A stretch of 64,000 nt of DNA, taken from positions 90,977 through 154,976 of IMG/VR virus record IMGVR_UViG_3300026097_000008; one strand, 5' to 3'. The notes beneath the pieces are model-generated. The model saw only the letters and a program-made list of their open reading frames with translations. It made no database searches and was not told the origin of the DNA. The translations under genes were made by a program, and so were the position numbers. The stretch comes from a virus. The first letter of the stretch is position 1. Each line of letters starts with the position of its first letter. Of this stretch, positions 1 through 11,500 are shown piece by piece.

Positions 1-3000
1 AGATTTATTACCGCCATTGTGTAGATTGCCGTCGATTTTTTGTCCTATGGCTGCGGTTCCTAGAGTTGTCACACCTTGTATGTACGGAGAACGATTGTTG
101 ATCCATGTTCTTTCGTCTGCTGGTCCCCAACCTGGATCTAAAGAACAATATGCTCCTCCTGTTGGTCTTTGGAACTGTGCAAACACACCTGGAGGATTAA
201 GTCCACCGCGCAATCCGTCGACAGTACAGTTTCTTAACCCTGTAGTGTCTCTTAGATAGAACATGTCGTCAATTTGACTTCCTAGAACCTGACTTGCAAA
301 TCTTCTGCCTGCAAGAGTAGTTGCATAATTACCGCTAAAGGTTAAATCTCTATTAAAGGCTCTAATTAGAGAATATACGTCTGCTTTTATATTATCCGGG
401 TAAAAGGTTATCGACGGATATGTATCTTCTAAAAAGCCTATGATTTCGTTGTATATAAATTCTCTATTTGCTTGTAAAATAGCACCTGCATTAGCAATAT
501 CTTGATCAGGGTTTGCTTCGTTGGATCCTGTCACAGTAGGATTATTACCGCCTGATAGTAATCTAGCTTCTATTGTGTTTTTGTAATCTGTAATCAAAGC
601 ACTTGTTGCGTTAGTGCCATCTAGATTTGAAGATGCTAGAGTTTTATTTTGGCCAACACCGCCTGTATATCCGCCACTTACATCTTGATTAGTAAGTAAA
701 TTATTTAAGAAAGTAAGAACATAATCTAAATATGCCGAGACGTAAGTATAATGTCCGTCGTATTCGGTTTTTGGACTATTTGCAATTATTGTTGTAGATC
801 TTAATTCGTCGCCCATTACTACACAACCCGCAGGTATAATAATAGGACAATTTTCTTCATATCTTCCTGTTGCAATTGATACCTTTGTCGGAGTAAGAGC
901 AGGTATGTTATCCTCTATATATTCGCATGCATGTCTAATTGTTTTGAATGGAGAGTATAATGTTCCATTTCCTGTAATATCACTTCCTTTTGTAGAAACA
1001 TAGATTACTTCGGCATCGTTAGTGACTTCTCGCCAAAATACTTCTAGTTCTTCACTTACCGAAAGTTTCTGATTTGCTGTTCCAATAGGTATGCGCAACG
1101 AACCTTCGGTACTGCCGTCTCCTACATTTTCTCTGTTTAGACCGTATGATAATAAATCACCAATTTGAAGCATTCCGCCTGGCTGGCCAGCTTGTATGAG
1201 TGTATCCCAGAAATTAAAAGTATTTCCGTTATCTCCTGGAAAATTTAAATTTGACGAAATATGTTCGATATTACACACATAGGCTGTACCTAGATAACTT
1301 ACAACTTCTCCTACAGAATACCTTTGTCCAGATTGCCACTGACTCGAAAATACATTTCCAGGTAGTAGTAATTCCCACTGAGCTGTATCAACTTCTGTAC
1401 CTTCGTCTACTATAATGTTAAGTTGATTTCCTTGATTTGCATTGAAATGACCATAGTAATATAATGTATCCGGTGCGTCAAGTGGCACTGAAAATTCTAT
1501 TGTACGCACTGTAGCATTTTGAAATCCTGTGATATATTGATCTACAGTTAACTCACGACCGTCTAATTTGTAAACTACGCCAGTTGTGTAAGCTGTACCA
1601 CCCAGCACTAAATCTCCATCCTCACTAGTACTAAATTTAAGTGGATGATATAGTGGATCATCCTCTCCTATAAGAGAATATTCGTTGTTAGAGGAATCAG
1701 ATTGATCAAATATATAAGTAGCTCCCTTGATTAGATCAAGCTGTGGTTTTTCTACTCCGTCTATATAAAATGCTCCTGCATTTTGATTTGATGCATTATC
1801 TAGTCCTACCGTGATTACTTTTGTAAGGTTTTTTGCGCTTTCATCTATATCAGTAAGTGCTTGATAAAGTCTGCCGCCTCTAAGAATTATATCACCTGGA
1901 CGATATTCTGTTTCAAGATTCCATTCGTTTGTAGCGTATATGCTTAATGAATTCCCCTGATTAAGACCGTTATGACCAAAATAATACAGGGTAGCCGGCG
2001 CACCAAAGTCAACGGTTATTTCAACTGTGCGTGTAGAAGCTGCTTCGAACCCGTTCATATAATCATTCATAGATACAGCGACACCGTCTAATTTATAAAC
2101 AACTCCTGTAGAATAATGACTAATAACGTCATTATTTCTACCATCACTTATTGTACTAAACATAAATGGATGATATGTTCCTCCAAAGCTACTATTTGTA
2201 GCATCAGATTGATCAAAAATGTAAGTTGATCCTTTTACTAGATCCAGTGTAGGTTTTTCGACACCGTCTATATAAAATACGCCAGTCGCAAGTCCATTAA
2301 CTGTATCCGTACCTACTGTCACAGTCTTTTGCACTAATCTACTAGATCTAAAGTTATATGTTTTTGATAATAAAGACCAATATATAATAGGTATTTGTAC
2401 CGTAATAGACGATGCTCCTGCTATACCAGTTTGATTTTCACTTGCATAATAAAGTGTTTCGGGTGTACCTGTATTAATAGCGATTCTTAGTTCTCGCTGT
2501 GATGCTGCGTCAAATCCTGCTACATATGCAGCTCGATTCGCTACTTGAACTCCATCTAGAAAGTATGTGACTCCGGTACTATAAGCAGTGCCGTCACCTA
2601 ATATTCCATCTTGTGTCGTGCTTAAATCTAGCGGATAACCGTCATTGGTTGCAGAATCCTGATTAAATATATAAATTCCATTAGGCACAAATGTTAGATT
2701 TGGTGTTTGTGTATCGTCTATAAGATAAACATCTCCGCTTCCTCCGTCCTCAACTGTGACAGTATATGTAGTAGTCACGACGGTTTCACTATCTTCTTGT
2801 TCAGCTGAGGTTGATGGTAATTGATTACTATTAGTTAAATTTGCATAATATAAATATCCGCCGTATCTTACAACATCACCAACTTGATATGTTTCTGAAC
2901 TTGACCAATCTTTTTCGTGTTGATATCCTGGAAATTCCAATGTAAAATTTGTTGTACTAAAAGAACTTGTAGAAGTATGTGTTGTATTACATACAAAAAT

Positions 3001-3597
3001 ACTTCCGCCATATTTTACTCTATCGTTTTTTCTATAAGCAGTACTAGAAGTCCAAGCTCCTTTATAGTCTACGCCTTCATAAAATTCTCGCCAGTCGCTA
3101 ATATTATCCTCTAATAACGATCCTGAATTGTGTGCAGTTATACATTCGTATACATAGCCGTTATATTTTACAATTGCACCAGGAGCGTAATCTATGCTAG
3201 TATTCCAATCTCCTAGATAATCGATACTTGCAGCAAACACAGTCCAATTAGAATAATCAGTGACAAAGGATGTAGAAGAATGACTAGCGGTACAAAGATA
3301 TAGATGACCGTTATAAAGCACTATATCACCTAAATTATAATTTACAGAAGTTATCCAATCACCGAGGAAAGATCTACCGCTAGTCATTACTACCCAACGA
3401 GGTTGCGGTTGCGGAGGATTAGACCCTGGTAATATAGCATTTAGATCATTACGAAATGCACTATCTGCAACGTGTGCTATCAAACAAACATAACTTTTTC
3501 CGTTAACACGAATAATGTCATCTCTTCTATAACTTGCTGCGGCTGTCCACTCACCTCGCCATCTATATTTAAATTTATCTAAACTAAATTCTGACAT
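1..3597 (-). CDS. Large virion fibre/appendage protein (partial, C-terminus beyond window) with CBM5/12-like repeats and a beta-helix-type domain
   Basis: Not in the ORF track because it has no stop in the window. ATG at 3597 (MSEFSLDKFKYRWRGEW...) reads open to position 1 (1199 codons). Contains multiple W-x4-5-Y-x2-GD-[IV]V-x-Y-x-G-x2-Y-x-C repeats, three 'YIDGVEKPxLDLxKGxTYIFDQSD'-type domains, and a 'IYVSTKGSD...PFKTIRHA...RSPYIQGVT' domain like those in the two neighbouring large proteins. Confidence 0.85.
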   Translation of the reverse strand, partial: MSEFSLDKFKYRWRGEWTAAASYRRDDIIRVNGKSYVCLIAHVADSAFRNDLNAILPGSNPPQPQPRWVVMTSGRSFLGDWITSVNYNLGDIVLYNGHLYLCTASHSSTSFVTDYSNWTVFAASIDYLGDWNTSIDYAPGAIVKYNGYVYECITAHNSGSLLEDNISDWREFYEGVDYKGAWTSSTAYRKNDRVKYGGSIFVCNTTHTSTSSFSTTNFTLEFPGYQHEKDWSSSETYQVGDVVRYGGYLYYANLTNSNQLPSTSAEQEDSETVVTTTYTVTVEDGGSGDVYLIDDTQTPNLTFVPNGIYIFNQDSATNDGYPLDLSTTQDGILGDGTAYSTGVTYFLDGVQVANRAAYVAGFDAASQRELRIAINTGTPETLYYASENQTGIAGASSITVQIPIIYWSLLSKTYNFRSSRLVQKTVTVGTDTVNGLATGVFYIDGVEKPTLDLVKGSTYIFDQSDATNSSFGGTYHPFMFSTISDGRNNDVISHYSTGVVYKLDGVAVSMNDYMNGFEAASTRTVEITVDFGAPATLYYFGHNGLNQGNSLSIYATNEWNLETEYRPGDIILRGGRLYQALTDIDESAKNLTKVITVGLDNASNQNAGAFYIDGVEKPQLDLIKGATYIFDQSDSSNNEYSLIGEDDPLYHPLKFSTSEDGDLVLGGTAYTTGVVYKLDGRELTVDQYITGFQNATVRTIEFSVPLDAPDTLYYYGHFNANQGNQLNIIVDEGTEVDTAQWELLLPGNVFSSQWQSGQRYSVGEVVSYLGTAYVCNIEHISSNLNFPGDNGNTFNFWDTLIQAGQPGGMLQIGDLLSYGLNRENVGDGSTEGSLRIPIGTANQKLSVSEELEVFWREVTNDAEVIYVSTKGSDITGNGTLYSPFKTIRHACEYIEDNIPALTPTKVSIATGRYEENCPIIIPAGCVVMGDELRSTTIIANSPKTEYDGHYTYVSAYLDYVLTFLNNLLTNQDVSGGYTGGVGQNKTLASSNLDGTNATSALITDYKNTIEARLLSGGNNPTVTGSNEANPDQDIANAGAILQANREFIYNEIIGFLEDTYPSITFYPDNIKADVYSLIRAFNRDLTFSGNYATTLAGRRFASQVLGSQIDDMFYLRDTTGLRNCTVDGLRGGLNPPGVFAQFQRPTGGAYCSLDPGWGPADERTWINNRSPYIQGVTTLGTAAIGQKIDGNLHNGGNKS

Positions 3598-3598
3598 T

Positions 3599-4036
3599 TT
3601 AGTATCCTTCGTTTGGTTGGCTATATGTTGTAATTACATCTGTGTCTGGTCCGTCACCGTATGCAGGAGATGATATATTTGTTGGATATGTGTATGTTTC
3701 TGATAATCTCTGAATAAACTGGCCGTCACTAGGGTCTATAAAATATGTTAAACTTCTGTTATCCCATCTAAATTGCGGATAACGTAAATTGTCGTTTACA
3801 ATTTCGTGATCTTCGTTAATTCCTGCCAGGTAATTAATACCTTCTTCAAAATCAAGATAGTTTTCTGCTGCTACACCAATATCGTTTATTACAGCAATAT
3901 TTTCGTCGCCTCCTGATAACTGATCTATTTTTACTAAAAAAAGTTCACCGTCGTCATTTCTACGCATACCATACATATATCTTTTAATAAAACCGTTGAT
4001 TACGTCAGTAGGACTTGTTCCTATATAATATGTCAT
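3599..4036 (-). CDS. Hypothetical virion-associated protein (145 aa)
   Basis: Tightly coupled ORF (stop/start overlap at 4036) in the late structural operon; no recognisable motif. Confidence 0.7.
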   Translation of the reverse strand: MTYYIGTSPTDVINGFIKRYMYGMRRNDDGELFLVKIDQLSGGDENIAVINDIGVAAENYLDFEEGINYLAGINEDHEIVNDNLRYPQFRWDNRSLTYFIDPSDGQFIQRLSETYTYPTNISSPAYGDGPDTDVITTYSQPNEGY

Positions 4037-4365
4037 TATGTTATCTCCACATAGCTTACTACTACGTCAACTGCATCATCTACACTCGACCTTACAAGCA
4101 ATCTATTACTAGGTGCAAGTACTAGTTTTTCACCTGTACTCACTGCTCTCAAACTAGTTCCTGCTGGTAAAATACTATCTTTTAGATAGTAGCCGCTAAC
4201 ACTAGTATCGTCTTCAACTAACACATCTACGTAAACAAACTGATTTGTTAGATTTGTAAAACTTAAACCAAGTATTGTGACTCTGGTTGTCGGTAGTGTT
4301 TCGTAAATTAACACAGGTACTGTACCACAATTTTTTATTACTGTATTTTTTAATAGTGTTGCCAT
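4036..4365 (-). CDS. Small beta-rich virion protein (109 aa), paralogue of 12950..13306
   Basis: Shares 'LPAGxS/T...EK/RxVLxxxD/N...VxSY[VL]E[IV]' with the 118-aa ORF. Confidence 0.7.
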   Translation of the reverse strand: MATLLKNTVIKNCGTVPVLIYETLPTTRVTILGLSFTNLTNQFVYVDVLVEDDTSVSGYYLKDSILPAGTSLRAVSTGEKLVLAPSNRLLVRSSVDDAVDVVVSYVEIT

Positions 4366-4368
4366 TTT

Positions 4369-7300
4369 CTATCCAAATATTAAAACTTTTTCAATTGCTA
4401 TATCTTCTGCATCTTGGAAGCTGATACCACCTGATGCTCCAGCAACAGAAACCCAATTAGTCCCGTCAAATAATTCAACCCTTGCATCATCAGTATTGAA
4501 ACGTATCATTCCTGTAACACCTGTTGGTCTAGTGACATTACCCCCAACTGGTAAAACTACTCCATAAGTTCCGTCTATGTTTACATAACCATCACCAGTC
4601 GTTGTGAAAGTAGTAATAGCATCTTCTACAGTATTAGTTATAGTATTGTCTTTAAATCCAAAATTCTCAAAAACAACTCTTCCAGTCCCTTGTGCAGATA
4701 ATTGCAAATCAGTGTTTGTTGTAGTAGTACTTATCACATTACCATCTACTTCAATGTCATCTACGGTTACTCTATTCGCATTAAATCTAGACGAATCTAT
4801 ATCTGCTACTGCTACTCCGTCAATATAAAATCTTATGACGTTGTCATTTGCTCCGGGAGTAAGTTCTGCCGTAATACGAGTATTTCCGTCTAAATCTTGT
4901 AATCCATTTAGCCGTATCCAATTAGTGCCGTCGTATCCTTCAAATTGTGCAGTGTCACTGTTAAATCTAATTTGTCCTGCATTTGCGCTTGGTCGATCTC
5001 CTGTACCCCCTACAGGTAATTTGAGTGCTCCTGTACTATCTATATTAACTAATCCTGTACCAGGTGATAATGTCATATCACCTGTGGTTGTAATAGTACT
5101 GTCTTTTATCGAAAAATCGTCAATAACAATAGATCCGGTTCCTGCTGCACGTAGTTCTAGATCAGAATTAGAAATTGTTGTTGTAATAAAATTATCATCT
5201 ATCAGGATATCGCCAGTCGTAAAGTTATTCGCTTGAATAGTACCAGCACTTTCTATATCATTTACAGTCAACGTACCGGTTATATTTACATTATTACCAA
5301 CGGTTATGTTTCCTGTGACTTCTAAATTTTGAGACATTTGAACATCATTACTTGGTACATTTACTACACCAGACCCGTTCGCACGTAATATTAGATCTGT
5401 ATCTGCTGTTATTGTTTCTACAACATTGTTGTCAATTAATACAGTGTTATTTGTAAAACTGTCTGCTGTTATCAAACCTGTACTAATTATATCAACTGTA
5501 GTAGTTGCTCCGTTTACTGTAAAGTCATTGTTTACTGTAAAATCGTTAGTCGGTATCAGTATTTTACCTGTGCCATTTGCTCGTAGTTCAAGATCAGTAT
5601 TTGAGGATGTAGTAGTGATAAAATTATCGTCTACTAGTATTTCTTCAAACTGTGCAGAAGCACCTACATTAATGTCCTGTTCTACTGTGACATCGCCAGA
5701 CACACTTGTGTCTCCTGTCTGGTCAAAATCTCCTACAAGTGTCACTGTACCTGTAATATTTGTATTAGCAAGAGTTGCGGTTCCATCAACATTAAGATCT
5801 TGATCTATTTGTACATCGTTACTAGGCACAACAACGTTGCCTGAGCCGTTTGCTCGTAAATCCAAATCAGCGTTTGAATCTGTTGTTGTAATGTAATTTT
5901 GTGTAATTTTTATGCCGTCAATGTCTGCTTCATTAACATATATATTACTCCAAGTTTTTGATGCACTACCAAGATTATATGTTGAAGTTAAACTAGGTAA
6001 TAAGTCACTGTCTATACCTGCAACAATTTGTATTGTATCACTAGGGTCATTACCTACAGTAATATTACCCCCAATAGTCACATTTCCTGTGACATCAAGA
6101 TCACCTGTGATATTGACATTATTATTAAGATTGATTATGTCACTACTTGCAGTAAAGTTTACGTCTCCTGACAAGCTTTCTATAGTATTACCACTTATTC
6201 TAAGATTACCAGTATCTATTCTTTCGCCGCTTACAAATGTAGTATCGCCGCCTGTGGTAAATGTTGCACCAGTAGTTAGGTCTATGTTTAGAGCACTTGC
6301 AACAAAGTTTACAGTTCCGTCATCTTGATTTACATAGAATAAATCACCTACTCTAAAATCACCTTTGTGGTCAACACTGTTATAGCGTATTTTTGCACTA
6401 TTAGATTCTACTACTTCATTTTCTTGTATAACTGTAGCTGCGTCATTTGTGACTTCTTTACCATTTCCGATATATGCTAAATTTTGTCCTATAGCATATA
6501 CAATCACGCCGTCGCCGTCGCCTACTAATCCAAAATTTCCGTAAACAGATGCAGAGCCGATCATGCGCATTTCAGCGCCGAAGTCGCGTTTGTCTATGTT
6601 GAGTATTTCTGTGGCTGTTTCTGTGCCGTCACTTATACTTTGTGGAGTAGTATCAAAACCGTCTAAATCATCGAACTTGCCTGCGATACTGATTACATCT
6701 CCATCAACTGCTGCAATAGTTCCTGTAACAACAGTTGAGCTATCAGTTGATGTAAATGTAACTGTTGCACCTTCAGTAAATGTTCCGCTAGTTCCGCCTA
6801 AACGTATATGCGTTTGTCCTGCACTTTTTAAACCTAAATTACTATTATACGCATACAAACTTCTATTTGCAAAATACGTAAAGCTGTTTAGCCATTCAAT
6901 ACGTACACCGTTTGTAGCTACAACACCATCTACACCAGGTACAATAAATGTGACACTATGGAACAGCATACTTGCTTCTTTAGAATTTGCTGTAGCATAT
7001 GAACCGTCTATGTATGCTCCTTTACCTGCGTCACCTGAATTAAATCCTCTTGGATCTTCTGCTGTAGTTGTGCTACCTGCTGTAATTACTGTAACATTTC
7101 TAATATAAGGAGAACGTGTAGTGACTTCAAAGTCTGTTGCGAAACGGAAAGCATATCCGTTGTTAGGGTATACTTTATTTCCATTACTACAGCTAAATGT
7201 TAGATTTGACACAAATACACTATGACCTACATAGCTATCGTGTGCTGCATCTAAATCTATTGTTAGCACACCAGTAGTGTTATCATAAGTTGCATTGTTT

Positions 7301-8409
7301 ATATCGATCGGTGCAGTGCTGTCACTAAAGTCAACAGTTCCGCCACTTACGTATGTATGTGCTTGTGGTGCTGTACCTATGTTAACTTTGATAGTGTTTG
7401 CATCAACAACTTCAGTAATATCAAAATAATTCCCGCCGCTGTAGAAGCCTTTAATAGTAACATCTTCTACAGTGCTTTCACCATTTACAAGTATTGCATC
7501 ATTATAGCGTGTTTCTGTAGTAGGTTGTATTGTGACACTTCTTAAACTTGTACCTTTTAGAGTGACTCCAACTGGTACAGTTAGCGGAAATTCTTCTGTG
7601 TAAACACCGGGATAAATGTGAACAGTATCTCCTGCTGTTGCTAAACTTAGTGCGTATTTGATAGTACCTACAGGATCTTGCTGGTGTGTTCCTGTATTTG
7701 TGTCGCTACCATTTTCGGCAACATAAAAAATATTTCCTTGACGAAGCACTAGATCAACTCCGTCAACTACTAATGCAGTAGAACTAATTGATCCTGCTAC
7801 AAAGTTATCTACCCAAACATCAGACCACTGTTTTCCGCCGCTTAATGGGTCACTTCCTAAGGTATATGTGCTAGTTGTATCCGGTATAATATTGCTTGCT
7901 ACTTCTGCATTGAATGTGACGTTGTCTGTATCAGCATCACCAATTGTAATATTGCCGTCTGCTGTGATATTTCCAGTAGCATGTATATTACCGTCTACGT
8001 TCATAGATGCAGCAACTTCTACTGTGCCTGTTCCGTTGGGTCGTAGTTCTAAATTGGCATTTGAATCATTAGTGCTGATAATGTTGCCTTCAATATCAAT
8101 GCTATCTATTCTTGCACGATTTTGATATACAACAGTGTCTAGTGTTCCTAAGTTTAGGAATCGATTAGGTGTGCTAATTGTATTGCCAACTATGTTAATA
8201 TCAGCAATATCAGCTTCTGTGTCTACAATAAGATTTGTAGTTCTAGTGGTTCCGATTACGTCTAATTCGTGTTGAGGCGCATTTGTTTTGACGCCGATGC
8301 GCTGGTTATTTACATCTAGATATAATAGATCAGTCTCAAAGGCTAAATCAATCCCATTACGGATCAAGTTAGACTTCAAGAGCGGACCTGATATGCGACC
8401 TACAGCCAT
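4369..8409 (-). CDS. Virion fibre-like structural protein (1346 aa) with beta-helix domain and fibre repeats
   Basis: RBS GAGGAG upstream. Repeated 'IxxNxIxTxxSNxDLxLRxxGxGxV' units, 'IFYVAENGSD...RSPYIRNVT' domain, and C-terminal 'LPVG..RP..G.IRFN.D...E..DG..W' motif twice. Confidence 0.8.
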   Translation of the reverse strand: MAVGRISGPLLKSNLIRNGIDLAFETDLLYLDVNNQRIGVKTNAPQHELDVIGTTRTTNLIVDTEADIADINIVGNTISTPNRFLNLGTLDTVVYQNRARIDSIDIEGNIISTNDSNANLELRPNGTGTVEVAASMNVDGNIHATGNITADGNITIGDADTDNVTFNAEVASNIIPDTTSTYTLGSDPLSGGKQWSDVWVDNFVAGSISSTALVVDGVDLVLRQGNIFYVAENGSDTNTGTHQQDPVGTIKYALSLATAGDTVHIYPGVYTEEFPLTVPVGVTLKGTSLRSVTIQPTTETRYNDAILVNGESTVEDVTIKGFYSGGNYFDITEVVDANTIKVNIGTAPQAHTYVSGGTVDFSDSTAPIDINNATYDNTTGVLTIDLDAAHDSYVGHSVFVSNLTFSCSNGNKVYPNNGYAFRFATDFEVTTRSPYIRNVTVITAGSTTTAEDPRGFNSGDAGKGAYIDGSYATANSKEASMLFHSVTFIVPGVDGVVATNGVRIEWLNSFTYFANRSLYAYNSNLGLKSAGQTHIRLGGTSGTFTEGATVTFTSTDSSTVVTGTIAAVDGDVISIAGKFDDLDGFDTTPQSISDGTETATEILNIDKRDFGAEMRMIGSASVYGNFGLVGDGDGVIVYAIGQNLAYIGNGKEVTNDAATVIQENEVVESNSAKIRYNSVDHKGDFRVGDLFYVNQDDGTVNFVASALNIDLTTGATFTTGGDTTFVSGERIDTGNLRISGNTIESLSGDVNFTASSDIINLNNNVNITGDLDVTGNVTIGGNITVGNDPSDTIQIVAGIDSDLLPSLTSTYNLGSASKTWSNIYVNEADIDGIKITQNYITTTDSNADLDLRANGSGNVVVPSNDVQIDQDLNVDGTATLANTNITGTVTLVGDFDQTGDTSVSGDVTVEQDINVGASAQFEEILVDDNFITTTSSNTDLELRANGTGKILIPTNDFTVNNDFTVNGATTTVDIISTGLITADSFTNNTVLIDNNVVETITADTDLILRANGSGVVNVPSNDVQMSQNLEVTGNITVGNNVNITGTLTVNDIESAGTIQANNFTTGDILIDDNFITTTISNSDLELRAAGTGSIVIDDFSIKDSTITTTGDMTLSPGTGLVNIDSTGALKLPVGGTGDRPSANAGQIRFNSDTAQFEGYDGTNWIRLNGLQDLDGNTRITAELTPGANDNVIRFYIDGVAVADIDSSRFNANRVTVDDIEVDGNVISTTTTNTDLQLSAQGTGRVVFENFGFKDNTITNTVEDAITTFTTTGDGYVNIDGTYGVVLPVGGNVTRPTGVTGMIRFNTDDARVELFDGTNWVSVAGASGGISFQDAEDIAIEKVLIFG

Positions 8410-8520
8410 CTCTTCTCCTCAACACGGGGATCCTGTCCCTCTAGCCTAAATTTTCAGCTTGCGCTCTTTGCTGGCTAACCACAGTTTGACCCTGCAATAC
8501 AATGGTCGCTGTACTGCATT
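8410..8520 (-). promoter_or_regulatory. Structured late 5' leader (candidate cis-regulatory RNA)
   Basis: Lies between a TAAATA box and the RBS. Stems UGCAGUACA/UGUAUUGCA, UAGCC/GGCUA, CAGC/GCUG and GGGA/UCCC; GC-richer than flanks. Confidence 0.5.
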
Positions 8521-8525
8521 AGTAG

Positions 8526-8531
8526 TATTTA
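8526..8531 (-). promoter_or_regulatory. gp55-type late promoter (cATAAATA)
   Basis: TAAATA core of the T4 late promoter TATAAATA, intergenic, upstream of a structural gene. Confidence 0.65.
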
Positions 8532-8555
8532 TGTGTTTTAAAGAAAAGGTGCTTA

Positions 8556-11500
8556 TTACCCGTAAATTAAAGTTTGAATTAGACTTATATCGTCCATTTC
8601 GGCTTCACTTACAGCTTCAAATGCTCCAGCTGATGTTTGCCATTGATCACCAATCCAAGTTTCCATTTCTCCTGAATCTGTATTCACACGAGTTTGACCA
8701 AGGATTGGTGATGCAGGTCTATTGCTGTTTGAGCCTGTAGGTATTTTGACGGCACCGTCGCCGTCAAACTGATAATAACCGTCGTCTGTACTACTAAAAA
8801 CTAGGGGCTCGTCGGTTGCTGTATTTTGAATGGTGCTACCAGAAACTTTAATGTTGTCAATTATAACACCGCCAGATCCGTCTGGTCTTAATTCAAGATC
8901 AGAATTTGAAACTGTTGTGCTTATACCAAGGCCGTCTATAAGTATATCATCAACCTGTAAACCGTGTATATTAATGCCGTCGCTATCAAAATTTCCTACT
9001 TGTATATTTGCAATATCTAATAATAATGTATCATTTGTTGGGTGGGCTCTTAAATTAGTTAAGCTATTATCTGAGTAAACACCGTTAAAAAATATATTTG
9101 ATGTAGCATATCCTTGAAATAAATTTTTATCAGTATTCAACCGTATTTGAGATTGGGTGAGTGTATCGTCAGGTCCAATTGGTAATTTTAATGCTTTAGT
9201 ACTATCAATAATTAATTGATCTTCAACATCTAATACAATGTCTGTAAGCGAACTATCCGGAGTTGTTTTACTACCTATAGTATTGTTTGTAAATTCAAGA
9301 ATCTCTAAATATATACTTCCAGCACCGGCTCCGCGGAGTTCAAGATTTGAATTAGAATTAGTGGTTGTAATTACATTATCAAATATTTGAATATCAGTAC
9401 TACTGGTCATATCTTCCATTGCAAAGCTATCTGTGATATTAATCGCGCCAACTGTGATAGAGTCAGAGGTTAGATTTTCTCCAGAGATATTATTAGAAGT
9501 AGTTAAATTTTGTGTAATATTCACATCATTACTAAAAAGTACATTTCCTGTTGCACGTATGTCAAGATCAGCGTTTGATATATGAGTTTCTATTATGTTT
9601 GTCTGAGTGCGCACTGTACTATTATCAAAATTTACTGCTTCTACTTGTGTTGCACTTATCCAATCACTGGAATAAACTGTTCCTTGTGTATCAAAGTTAT
9701 TTGTTAATACTAAATCTTCTGTAGGAACAAGTATATTTCCAGTACCTGAAGCACGTAATTCAAAATCTGTATTAGAAGTTGTAGTGGTTATATAATTATC
9801 ATCGATTTTTATTTCTTCAAATTGCGCAATTTGAGCTACGTTTAGATTTTGGGTTATTGTTAAATTTGTAGTAGAAAAATTATTATTAAGTGCAATAGCA
9901 CCTGCAGTTGTTAAATCATTTGTAGAAAGATTGTTTATAAAAGTAGTGGTTTGAACTTGAAGATTGTTAGTAATATTTAAATTTTCATCTTCAAAATATA
10001 TACGTCCGGTACCGTTTGCGCGAAATTCAAGGTCTGCATTTGAATCATTAGTAGTAATTACATTATCAAATAATTGTACGTCACCTAAGTTTGCTTGACT
10101 TCCGTGTACTATATTCCAAACTTTTGTTGGGCTTCCTAGATCAAATTGGAGAGTTTGATTTGGTACAAGATCCTGATCAAAATCTACATTAAAGTCTACT
10201 GTATCCGTTGACTGATCACCTATAGTATTCAGTGTGCCATCAAAACTGAGATTTCCTGTAATATCAAGATCTTTTAAAATATTAGTGCTAGATGTAAAAT
10301 TTATATTTCCAGCCGCACTGTCTATTTCAATATTTCCAGACAGACTACGGATAGTGTTTTCTCTAAAACGAATATTTCCTGTTTCTACTCTTGTGCCGTC
10401 AATAAATGTTGTACTGCCGTTTGTAGTCACGGTCATGCCGCCTAACGAATCAATATCCGCTTCGGTTAAAACTAAGCTTGTTTCTCCTGATTCCTGATCA
10501 ACTAAAAAATTGTTGCCTACTCTAAAATTGCCTAAATGATCTTCTGTTTGGAAATATATTCTACCAGAATTAAGTTCTGACACTTCTTGGCTCTGTATAA
10601 CTCTACTTGGGTCATTATCTACAAACTTGCCGGCGCCTATATAGGCCATGTTGTGTTGTATTAAGTACATTAAACAATCAGAGCCATCTGCTACTGCGCC
10701 ATAATTACCGTACACGTTTGCACTACCAATAGAGCGTATTTCTGCACCATACTTTACAGTACTGCCATCAGTACTTAAATGACCAGTAACTCCGTCGAAT
10801 GCATATAAACCTCTATTCGCAAAATATGTAAAACTGTTAAGCCATTCTACCCTAACACCATTGGTCATTGTAAGGCCGTCCACTCCGGGTGTGATAAAGG
10901 TCACACTATGAAACAACATACTTGCTTCTTCGCTTGCGCTTAAAACATCAGCACCATCTACCAAAGCACCTTTACCTGCGTCGCCGCTAGCAAACCCCCT
11001 AGGATCACTTGCACTAGTTGTAGTGCCTTTGGTGATAACTGTGACATTTTGTATATATGGAGAACGTGTTGTGACTACAGTATTAGGTGCAAAACGGAAG
11101 GCGTACCCGGTATCATTTCCGCTGTCATAATAAAAATCAGTAATAGTAAGATTTTGAACTGTACTTTCACCATTTAGGTGGAAAATATCTTTTGACTGAT
11201 CTGCACTCGTTGGACGTATAAACGTATTCCTGTAATCTTCCCCTACAATATTAACATTAGTAGGAACAACTAGTGGAAGTTCTTCTTCGTATCCGCCAGC
11301 GTATACATAGATTGTGACTGGCCCACTTGTACTTGCATCTGCAAAATCTAAAGCACGTTTTAAAGTTTTAAAAGGACCATTTGGATGATCACCTACATTA
11401 GAATCGTTGCCGTTTTCAGCTACATAAATTATATTTCCTTGCCTACTAGATAGGAAGACCGGTCCTACTGCAACACTAGCAGTTGTAATGCTTTGACCGT

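Noticed and set aside
8425-8495. c-di-GMP-I riboswitch call
   Set aside because: Only short word similarity; the GNRA-capped P2 and receptor architecture is not evident.
8459-8740. 93-aa plus-strand ORF spanning the structured leader
   Set aside because: TTG start with no RBS, opposite a real gene end and a late promoter.
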